From Candidatus Heimdallarchaeota archaeon (GTDB taxonomy: Archaea; Asgardarchaeota; Heimdallarchaeia; Heimdallarchaeales; Heimdallarchaeaceae): a stretch of DNA of 64,000 nt. The notes under the pieces are model-generated. The model saw only the letters and a program-made list of their open reading frames with translations, had not been told where the DNA came from and made no database searches. The number at the start of each line of letters is the position of its first letter. The first letter of the stretch is position 1. The translations under genes and the position numbers were made by a program. Where the stretch lies: assembly GCA_016840095.1 (NCBI GenBank), contig JAEOSZ010000055.1, forward strand, positions 19,471 to 83,470. Reading direction: 5' to 3'. Of this stretch, positions 56,168 through 64,000 are shown one piece after another.

Positions 56168-58971
56168 AGATTAAACGTCCTAAATTCTTTTCCTTTATTG
56201 GATTTTCATTTAAATCTATGTCATCTAATCCTAGAAGAAGTATTTCTATAGGTGCTGGAATGATACTAGGAGCAGCTATATTTTCTAGTATTTTCTTCTA
56301 TGGTGCTATTATTAATACAATAACTGTTCAAGATATGATAGAAAATGTAGAAGCAGAAGTGAATTTTAGACCACTAATTGAGACAAGCTTAGGAACAACT
56401 CCAGTTGAATTTGCAGAACAACTTGCTCTAGAACAAGAATTTGAAGATAGTATTGTTACCTATGGAGAACATTTCCATTATGACATCTTAGAACGAAGCA
56501 ATATTTACTATTCGTACTTTGAACCTGATTTCAATTTCTCTGAGTATGCTGGTTTCACTGTAGATCAACCTTACTTCACACCTATGATCATTGATTCAGC
56601 TTTTATTAACAATTCAATTGTTCAAAGAATCAATATTGTAGCAGGTGAAAACAACCTTCAAAGCAATGGAATTCTACTCTCTATAGGTACATACAAGAAA
56701 TTGGGAGTACAGTTGAATGACACTCTTGCTTTTAATTACCAAATAAACAAGACTGTAGATACTGATGAAGTTAAAGTGATTTCAACAAAGGTTAACTTAA
56801 CTGTAACAGGTTTCTATCAGATGGGACTTCTCTTAGATGAAGAATATTTAATTGTTAATAGTCATAATTTCAACTCAAGCATTATTGGAAATTTAACTAC
56901 AAACAAACTCTGGCGTTTGCCAACTAAACTTGATCTTTCTGAATTTCCTCTAAATAATCTGCTTGATTTTAATGATTACATTAACGTTGTTTTGAATCGT
57001 AAGGAACAGAATTACGATTTAGACGGTAGAAACTTAATCTCCGGGGCGTTATTTGCATATCAAGGGTTAATCATTACAATGCAACTGATTGACACTGTTT
57101 TATATATGCCAGCTATCATTTTATCCATTATTCTTATCAGTCTAGGAGCTGATTTAGCTTTAAGAGAAAGAAAATTTGAAATTTCTGTTCTAAAAGCTCA
57201 GGGTGCTAGTCCAAAACAAATACGGAGTATGATATATACTGAAGTAATTATTATTGCACTGCTTGGGGAAGCCATAGGTATTTTCCTTGGTACTTTTGGT
57301 GCAGCAATGGTTCTGTCAACTTTTCGGTTTATGTCGATTGATTTCCCAACTATAACAAGTGCATATTCTTCCTTGAACATCAAACCATGGACAATCATAA
57401 CAACATTAGTTGTAACAATGGCTATCTTATTCTTAACAACTAGAAAGAAGACAAACAATTTTATTCAACAAGAAGTTGCAATAGCTAAGACAGTTGAGAA
57501 GGAGAAGAGAAGCTGGTTCAAAGCTATATACGGAGATGTCATATTCTTTGGTGTAGGTTTAGTAGGAGTTCTTCTAACTATTATAGAAAACAATTATCCG
57601 AATGTTTCGTACGGTTTTGCAGTTATTCTACTGCAGATATTTGCTCCTATTCTATTGTGGTACGGTGGTGCAGCTATAGTTAGTAGATTATCTACAAAAG
57701 TTCCAGAAAAACTTGATAAGATTCTCGTTAAAGTCTTCAAAGACATTGGAGTTCTACTAAAGGGGAGTCTATCACGAAGACATCAGAACTTTCCAAGAAT
57801 GACTGTTCTTCTCTGTTTATCTGTTTCCTTATCAGTTTTCGTAGTTATTCAAGGAGAAACAGGATCAACAGAATTGATACGAAGAGCTGATTATAAAATT
57901 GGAGGAGATATGAGAGTCGATATTCTTGGAGGATACCAGACTCTTTACCCATCACATTTCGTTGGATTTGAAGATAAAATTGAGACGATTATTCCAATCT
58001 ATTTCACGATTTTTTATGTTGGTTCAACGCCTATAGCTTGTTATGGTTTAGATCTCACGCTTTATGGTGATAATGCACTATGGCATAAAGATTCAATTGA
58101 CGGATATCCCGATTGGAAAGAAGGTTTAGATATAATCAAAAATGATCCTCTGAATAAAGTTGGTTTAGGTAAAGAAACAGCAAGAGTACTAAATATAAAG
58201 AGTGATCCTAATTTCAGATTTACAATATTTAATCAAACCAAATACGATGCAGAAGCTTCAATTATAATAGATCATGCTCCCGGAGAAATAACTGATTTAC
58301 CCTTTGGTGCTTTTGGAGGAATTTTTGATTTTCTTGAATTTGATTATGTTTTTACTATGTTAGTGGATAAACAGTTTATCTTTACTTATGCACCATTTAC
58401 TTATGAGATTAGTAGAGCTATAATCAATTTAGAACCTGAAGTTGATCCAGTCGAAGAAAATTTAGCTTTCAAATTTGATTCACAATTTGATTGGGTAGTG
58501 TATGCACAATCATACGAACAAGAATTAGCTGAAATTAGACAAACAGAAGGATTGCGTTTTGGTTTTCCTGGATTGTTAACAATTAACTATCTCATTGCGT
58601 TAATCTCTATTGTAATTGGTATTTCTATCTTCATGTTTATGATAGTTAATCAGCGGAAGAAAGAGTTTGCAGTGCTGATTTCAGAAGGAGCTTCACGGGG
58701 ACAATTGATCAAACTAGTTCTAAGTGAAGTAATATCAATGGCTATATTTGCAACACTTTTTGGAACATTCATAGGATTCATTCTAGGTTATCAGTTCAAT
58801 GGATTCTTTGATGTATTTAGCTCTTCTACATTCAATAGGAAACTTATATTCCCTCCAGTTATCCTTTTAGTGACGATTATAGGTGCATTTCTAATTATAA
58901 TTCTTTCAACACTAATTCCTGCAATTATAGCTTCTAGGACAAATGTTGTGGAGGAAATGAGGACATTCTGA
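56164..58971 (+). CDS. FtsX/MacB-like ABC permease with two repeats
   Basis: ERKFEISVLKAQGAS and QRKKEFAVLISEGAS; two large extracytoplasmic domains; ATGA overlap with the ATPase. Confidence 0.9.
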   Translation: MKIKRPKFFSFIGFSFKSMSSNPRRSISIGAGMILGAAIFSSIFFYGAIINTITVQDMIENVEAEVNFRPLIETSLGTTPVEFAEQLALEQEFEDSIVTYGEHFHYDILERSNIYYSYFEPDFNFSEYAGFTVDQPYFTPMIIDSAFINNSIVQRINIVAGENNLQSNGILLSIGTYKKLGVQLNDTLAFNYQINKTVDTDEVKVISTKVNLTVTGFYQMGLLLDEEYLIVNSHNFNSSIIGNLTTNKLWRLPTKLDLSEFPLNNLLDFNDYINVVLNRKEQNYDLDGRNLISGALFAYQGLIITMQLIDTVLYMPAIILSIILISLGADLALRERKFEISVLKAQGASPKQIRSMIYTEVIIIALLGEAIGIFLGTFGAAMVLSTFRFMSIDFPTITSAYSSLNIKPWTIITTLVVTMAILFLTTRKKTNNFIQQEVAIAKTVEKEKRSWFKAIYGDVIFFGVGLVGVLLTIIENNYPNVSYGFAVILLQIFAPILLWYGGAAIVSRLSTKVPEKLDKILVKVFKDIGVLLKGSLSRRHQNFPRMTVLLCLSVSLSVFVVIQGETGSTELIRRADYKIGGDMRVDILGGYQTLYPSHFVGFEDKIETIIPIYFTIFYVGSTPIACYGLDLTLYGDNALWHKDSIDGYPDWKEGLDIIKNDPLNKVGLGKETARVLNIKSDPNFRFTIFNQTKYDAEASIIIDHAPGEITDLPFGAFGGIFDFLEFDYVFTMLVDKQFIFTYAPFTYEISRAIINLEPEVDPVEENLAFKFDSQFDWVVYAQSYEQELAEIRQTEGLRFGFPGLLTINYLIALISIVIGISIFMFMIVNQRKKEFAVLISEGASRGQLIKLVLSEVISMAIFATLFGTFIGFILGYQFNGFFDVFSSSTFNRKLIFPPVILLVTIIGAFLIIILSTLIPAIIASRTNVVEEMRTF

Positions 58972-58977
58972 GGTGAT

Positions 58978-59991
58978 ATGATGTACAGCGATATAACAAG
59001 AAAAACTGAATTGGAACCTCTTCCAGAGGAATTAGCTTTGCAGGCAATTGATATCTATCATGTGTATGGATTAGAACATCAAAACAAAGTAGTCGCTTTG
59101 AAAGGAGTGAGCTTTGATATAAAGAAAAGTGAAATATTAGGAATCATAGGTCCTTCAGGAAGTGGTAAAAGTACTCTCCTGTTATCCTTAGGAGGAATGC
59201 TCAAACCCTCAGCAGGTCAGATTTTTTATGCTGATGGAACTGATATTACAAAACTACCTGAAGAAGAACAATTCGAATATAGAAGACAAAATATAGGTTA
59301 TGTTTTCCAGGAGCAGAATTTGATTCCTTTCATGAGTGCAGAGAAGAATATCGAAATGCCAATGAGGTTAGTTAATACAAATCGTGCCAAACGAAAAACA
59401 CGTGTTAAAGAATTAATGGAAATCCTAGGTATTTGGCATAGAAGAGATCATACTCCTAAGAGAATATCTGGAGGAGAGCAGCAAAGAGTAGCAATTGCAC
59501 GAGCTTTAGCAAATAATCCTAAGCTGATCTTTGCTGATGAACCAACAGGAAATGTTGACATTGAAACCTCCACTCAAATTCTCGAACTCTTTAACGAGCT
59601 AAAGGAAGACCTTGGTGTTTCTTATTTGATTTGCTCTCATGATCCAATTGTTGGTGATTTCTCTGATAGAACTCTAGAGATACGTGATGGGATTCTTATT
59701 GGAGAACATCTACAAGATATCGATCTAACTGATTTGGATAGTTCAAGATTCTTGGTGATAGATAATCAGAATAGAATCACTTTACCTGAGAATGCTATAT
59801 CTGAACTTAAGGGAGCATTACTTTATACTTGGTCAATGACTGATGAAGGTATATTACTTAAACCTCTGAAGCAATTTGATAAAACTCAAGAAAGGAAGAT
59901 CAAAAAGTGTACAACTTGTGGAGCTGATATTCCTAAAGGAGTGTATTCTTGTCAACGATGTGGTGCTAAATTAACTAGGGTTGTTAGGTAA
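58978..59991 (+). CDS. MacB/LolD-family ABC ATPase with C-terminal AbrB-like and Zn-ribbon domains
   Basis: [26 protein letters not shown]; [16 protein letters not shown]; CTTC-x10-CQRCG. Confidence 0.9.
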   Translation: MMYSDITRKTELEPLPEELALQAIDIYHVYGLEHQNKVVALKGVSFDIKKSEILGIIGPSGSGKSTLLLSLGGMLKPSAGQIFYADGTDITKLPEEEQFEYRRQNIGYVFQEQNLIPFMSAEKNIEMPMRLVNTNRAKRKTRVKELMEILGIWHRRDHTPKRISGGEQQRVAIARALANNPKLIFADEPTGNVDIETSTQILELFNELKEDLGVSYLICSHDPIVGDFSDRTLEIRDGILIGEHLQDIDLTDLDSSRFLVIDNQNRITLPENAISELKGALLYTWSMTDEGILLKPLKQFDKTQERKIKKCTTCGADIPKGVYSCQRCGAKLTRVVR

Positions 59992-59999
59992 CAATCCCT
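59977..59999 (+). terminator. Hairpin over the stop codon, T-tract downstream
   Basis: AGGG-TTGTT-AGGT-AACAA-T-CCCT. Confidence 0.3.
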
Positions 60000-60026
60000 T
60001 CCCCAATCTTTTTTAACTATACTCTT

Positions 60027-60647
60027 TTGTTATCTTCTATGAAATTAGTACTAGTCAGACATGGTGAAACTGACTCCAACAAGAATGGTATAATAATGGG
60101 TCACCTTCCTACTCCATTAAATGAATTAGGTAGAGAACAAGCTACTGTCTTGGCTAGGGAACTTAGATCTAAAGGTATTCAGAAGATTTATAGCTCTGAT
60201 TTAGTTCGAGCCAAAGAGACAGCCGAAATTATCAGTGCTGAACTGAATCTTCCTGTAACTTACTCATATAACTTTAGAGAACATACTATAGGTGATCTTG
60301 ACGGTAAAGGTGTTTCCGAAGTTCTTGATTCCTTGGATTTACTTGAGGAATTTGATGAGTTAATGATTAAACATAACGGAGAGATAACTAGGGATTTCAT
60401 AAATAGAGTCTGGACAGGTTTTAATAAAGCTGTAGAAGAGAACAGGGATAAAGACTGTGTTTTAATCGTTACTCATGGTGGTTGTATCCGTTCTATTATA
60501 GCAAAGATTTTACAAGCATCAGAAATAGTTTTTGATAGCCTTAAGATGGATAATTGTTGTATTAATGTAGTTGAGTTTGCAGAAAAGAGAGAAAAAGAGA
60601 TTTTTTCTGTTGAATTAGTAAATGATGTGTGTCATTTTTCACATTAA
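60027..60647 (+). CDS. Histidine phosphatase (phosphoglycerate-mutase family)
   Basis: LVRHGET, YSSDLVRA, FRE, VTHGG. Confidence 0.93.
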   Translation: MLSSMKLVLVRHGETDSNKNGIIMGHLPTPLNELGREQATVLARELRSKGIQKIYSSDLVRAKETAEIISAELNLPVTYSYNFREHTIGDLDGKGVSEVLDSLDLLEEFDELMIKHNGEITRDFINRVWTGFNKAVEENRDKDCVLIVTHGGCIRSIIAKILQASEIVFDSLKMDNCCINVVEFAEKREKEIFSVELVNDVCHFSH

Positions 60648-60701
60648 AATCATCTATTTGCAGCAAAATTTTAAAGACTTCAGTATACATTCAATCTTAA
60701 G

Positions 60702-62501
60702 ATGTCTAAAGAGAAGCTAAAGATTCTTCTACCTGAAGATAGAATCCCGTCTACTAAATATAGAATAAAGATACGTGAAACTATCCGTAAAAGACTAGCT
60801 GAAGAAGAAAATTTCTATCCTTTGGAGCTAGAAGATTTTGATGAAGTTGAATATAAACCCTATACTATTACTGATAAAGAAGATGAAAGTATTCCTCCTG
60901 TAAAGTTTGTTTTAGATAAATATTATATGCTACGAATAGTGGATGATCCTTCAAAAATTCTTATTTCTGTTTATCTTGATTATGGATACCTTAAACAGAA
61001 TAGAGTCAAAGAATTAATTGATGTAAACAGGAAGAAACCATTCCTCAGTAATCCTAAAGGGAGATGTGTTATCAGGTTATTTAATGATGATTTCTGTGAA
61101 CTAGCGGAAATACCGATGAAACATTCTTCAGCATTTTCCTATCATCCAGTTTCATCTGCTCCACAATTGTTCTTGGGTTTAATAGAAAACTTAGTGGAAA
61201 GGAAAGAGTACCACTATAGGATTGAATGTTATAATGAAAATGATGAATTGGTAGGAGCTTCTAAGGTTAGAGAATTTACTGCGGGAGTTCATACTAACAA
61301 GGATCCGTTATTCTTTGTTTCAACCTCAGATATGCATGGAGGTTCAAAAGCTACTTTCAAAAGAGGAAAAATTACTAGATTCAGAGTAAAAAATAATCCT
61401 CGATTAAAGCGATTAATGAGTGATATCCATGAGAATGAAGTTGAATATACATTCGATAGAGGTTATCAAGTTTTTACAACTAGTGGAGATAATATCGACA
61501 ATGGTTCATATCATGAATATTGGGCAGATTTATTTTCTTGTGGAACTGAAAACTTCGCAAGGATTCCCTTTACTCCAACTATAGGTAATCATGATTATTA
61601 CAATGGGGGTTGGGGAAGAGCTTCGTGGTTTGGAGGAAAAGCAAGAACGCAGAAATTCTTCCATATGTTTGTTCAAACACCTAGAACAAAAGGTGGTGCA
61701 TATTATTCTCAAACTGTAGGTAATGTTTTCATGATCCATTTAGACTCTATTGGGTTAAGCTGGGGAAATGAAAGTATCGCATGTGAGAGTAGACAATGGA
61801 TTTGGTTGAATAAACAACTGAAAGAATGGAGAAGAAAAGCTGATGAAGAGCAAGGTCCTCAATTTTGTATAGTTCTCTTACATTCAGCAATTTTTACAAT
61901 AGGATTCTTTGGTAGAGCAAGAAATAACTCAGATGCTTTAGCGCAATCCTGTTTAACACCTTTATTTGACGAATACGGAGTCAGTGCTGCAATTTTTGGA
62001 CATGATCATCTATATCAAAGATCCTTATGGCGAAGTACTCAATACATGTGTATAGGTGTTTCAGGTAAAACCCCTATTCGTTACTTCAACTGGCTTCGAA
62101 ATAGGACTGATTACAAAATAGAACGTGATGCTGAAGGAGAGAAGGCTAGAGGGTATGGGGTAACCTATGTACCTCCGAACGTAAAAGATATGTCTGAAGA
62201 TGAAAGGATACGCTTTGATGAATGGTTATACTCAGTTAAAAATAAGATTCTTAATTCAGATCTTAACAAGTATTATGTTTTTGATACTGAAGATGAAATA
62301 GATGAGTACAAAGAAATGATGGTTAACAGAGGACTGAAAGAAAAATTTGTGGATGAAGAAATAATTGAGAAGATGAAGACTAGTATCTGGTGGAGATATT
62401 ACAATCTAAAAGGAGAACTAATTGATAGCACATTTATGGAACCTGTTGTCAGAGAACTAGATGAAGATTACTTGAACTGTCCAAATCCTCATATTAGATA
62501 G
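60702..62501 (+). CDS. Calcineurin-like metallophosphoesterase with N-terminal extension (purple-acid-phosphatase-like layout)
   Basis: SDMH, GDNID, IGNHD, LLH, FGHDHLYQR; Fn3-like EYHYRIEC segment; no signal peptide. Confidence 0.88.
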   Translation: MSKEKLKILLPEDRIPSTKYRIKIRETIRKRLAEEENFYPLELEDFDEVEYKPYTITDKEDESIPPVKFVLDKYYMLRIVDDPSKILISVYLDYGYLKQNRVKELIDVNRKKPFLSNPKGRCVIRLFNDDFCELAEIPMKHSSAFSYHPVSSAPQLFLGLIENLVERKEYHYRIECYNENDELVGASKVREFTAGVHTNKDPLFFVSTSDMHGGSKATFKRGKITRFRVKNNPRLKRLMSDIHENEVEYTFDRGYQVFTTSGDNIDNGSYHEYWADLFSCGTENFARIPFTPTIGNHDYYNGGWGRASWFGGKARTQKFFHMFVQTPRTKGGAYYSQTVGNVFMIHLDSIGLSWGNESIACESRQWIWLNKQLKEWRRKADEEQGPQFCIVLLHSAIFTIGFFGRARNNSDALAQSCLTPLFDEYGVSAAIFGHDHLYQRSLWRSTQYMCIGVSGKTPIRYFNWLRNRTDYKIERDAEGEKARGYGVTYVPPNVKDMSEDERIRFDEWLYSVKNKILNSDLNKYYVFDTEDEIDEYKEMMVNRGLKEKFVDEEIIEKMKTSIWWRYYNLKGELIDSTFMEPVVRELDEDYLNCPNPHIR

Positions 62502-62572
62502 ATTTTAAGAGAAACCTATTCTCCCTTCATCATCTATTTTATAAGAAGTAAAACAGAATTTTGGATTTTTTT

Positions 62573-64000
62573 CTAAATATCAGTTTTTAACTTCAAATCT
62601 GAAAGATCAAAAGCTTTTACTTCCTTAATTTCTTCAAAACTCTCAACTAGTTTCAGATTAGTTATTTTTTCCTTGATTGACGATTCTGGAATTTGAGAAT
62701 CTTCTTTATTTATTATTAGTTTTATTACTTCTTCTTTGCTTGAAGTGATTTTCAGAGCTAAATTTCTATATCCTTTTTCTTCTGCTAATACCAATGCTTG
62801 ACTCAAGATATCATTTGCGTTTTCTATATCTGCTTCTAGGATTGAAATCTGTGATTTAAGCCACATACTCTTAATATTCAACTCAATATGCTTGTATTTT
62901 GTACTTGTTTCAACCAGCGAATCGACATATTCTTTGAGTTTTACTAGAACCCTTTCATCACCTGTTTGCTTTAGCTCTGATAAAAGTAAATCACATTGAT
63001 TGAATAATAGTTCAATTTTAATATGAAATCCTAAATCTTCTAGAAGAAGTTGATCAAAAAGAACCTCTGCTCTGACTCTGTCTCTAGTGTTTCTGCTATT
63101 CTTAAGCATCACACCTTCAGCCAATAAATGTAAGCGTTTAATCTTTGGGTCATCAATCTTCTTCATAGTTTCACTATATTCTTCAAAGTAAGTTTCAGTT
63201 TGTACATTCATATTGTTTTGAGAAGTAATATTGATTAAATAAAAAAGAGAATTTGCTACTCTTGGTAGATTTCCTAATTCTTTAAACAAAACTATTGATT
63301 TTTCGAGCCTCTGTATAGCTTCATTGACTAAACCTTTTTTTAGATAAGGTCTGTGCTGATTGAAAACGTTCCAAGCAAAATCAAATTTCATTCCATTCTT
63401 CTCATAGTATTCTCCAGCTTCTTCTACAGATTCTATTGCTTTATCTAATTCTCCTTTTGAAAGGTAGATCTCACTTAAATTCTCTTTTGTACTATATATG
63501 TTCCATTGCCAGTTAATTTTTCTACTATACTTGAGAATTTTCTCGTAAACCTCTTCTGCCTTATCCAATTCTCCTAATCCTGCATAAGCTACTCCTACAT
63601 GGTCCAACCAGTCCACTGTATCTTCTCTTTTACCATCTTCTGAACAAGCATTGTATGCATCAAGACTATATTTGAGCGCTTTCTTGAATTCACCTATTTC
63701 AAAATAGTATTTAGCAACATGTGCACTACTAGACGCAATTCCCCTTATAATACCTAATTTTTTGCTAGTTTCGAGTATTTCAAGGGCTTTGTCTAGAACT
63801 TCATTATATTCTCCTTTTCGCCAATGAATCTTTATTATAGCAGTCTGCAACTTTATTCTCCAAAAATTATTATTCATTTTGTCAACAAGTTCTAATGATT
63901 TCTCAAACCATTCAACCGCTTTTTCATATTCTCCTGCTTCTGACCAACTTCCACCTAAATGTGAATAATATCTCATTTTTGATTCAATGTAAAGAATGTC
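62573..64000 (-). CDS. TPR protein, 5'-truncated by window edge
   Basis: Frame is open to base 64000; multiple G-E-Y/L-x-KA TPR units. Confidence 0.85.
   Translation of the reverse strand, partial: DILYIESKMRYYSHLGGSWSEAGEYEKAVEWFEKSLELVDKMNNNFWRIKLQTAIIKIHWRKGEYNEVLDKALEILETSKKLGIIRGIASSSAHVAKYYFEIGEFKKALKYSLDAYNACSEDGKREDTVDWLDHVGVAYAGLGELDKAEEVYEKILKYSRKINWQWNIYSTKENLSEIYLSKGELDKAIESVEEAGEYYEKNGMKFDFAWNVFNQHRPYLKKGLVNEAIQRLEKSIVLFKELGNLPRVANSLFYLINITSQNNMNVQTETYFEEYSETMKKIDDPKIKRLHLLAEGVMLKNSRNTRDRVRAEVLFDQLLLEDLGFHIKIELLFNQCDLLLSELKQTGDERVLVKLKEYVDSLVETSTKYKHIELNIKSMWLKSQISILEADIENANDILSQALVLAEEKGYRNLALKITSSKEEVIKLIINKEDSQIPESSIKEKITNLKLVESFEEIKEVKAFDLSDLKLKTDI

Noticed and set aside
55895-59511. 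Identical 30-nt block in the two ABC ATPases (55895-55924 and 59482-59511)
   Set aside because: It encodes the highly conserved [10 protein letters not shown] segment; explained by paralogy and codon bias, not a mobile or regulatory repeat.
60702-62501. Purple acid phosphatase proper
   Set aside because: The GDxxY tyrosine ligand is absent (GDNID), so only a generic metallophosphoesterase call is supported.
1-64000. Genome-wide UAG recoding (pyrrolysine) or selenoproteins
   Set aside because: Many conserved genes end cleanly at TAG (e.g. 20681, 21787, 29033), followed by T-tracts or the next gene. I found no family truncated at an in-frame TGA or TAG and no pyl/sel genes.
1-64000. CRISPR array, tRNA, rRNA, transposase, integrase
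   Set aside because: No regularly spaced repeats, no GC-rich cloverleaf or rRNA-like tract, and no recombinase motifs seen by eye.

Overview
AT-rich archaeal chromosome segment, most likely from an Asgard archaeon (Heimdallarchaeia-like). This is inferred from a two-domain gelsolin, several orphan TPR proteins, NosD-type beta-helix surface proteins, C-terminally anchored family-5 solute-binding proteins (SBPs), TATA boxes about 25 nt before start codons and oligo-T terminators. About 55 CDS cover peptide/amino-acid catabolism (PepF, TldD/PmbA, GdhA, IlvE, lysine/saccharopine dehydrogenase, a 2-hydroxyacyl-CoA dehydratase/activase-type operon), transport (two ABC exporters, ZIP, MgtE-type, DMT), five membrane acyltransferase-like proteins and surface proteins. 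No rRNA, tRNA, CRISPR array, transposase or integrase was seen. Best leads: (1) a gene pair next to gelsolin (52964-55363), in frame and separated by one TAG, resembling two halves of a single uncharacterised protist protein (from memory, unverified); (2) a SatD nucleotidyl-cyclase-fold/HTH gene plus a small membrane protein behind a 48-bp palindrome, followed by two paralogous 7-Cys microproteins; (3) circularly permuted family-5 SBPs, including a single-lobe mini version; (4) three tandem AT3 acyltransferases beside an ABC exporter; (5) a kinase/nucleotidyltransferase/PAP2/unknown-enzyme cluster. All family calls come from reading motifs by eye; no searches were run.
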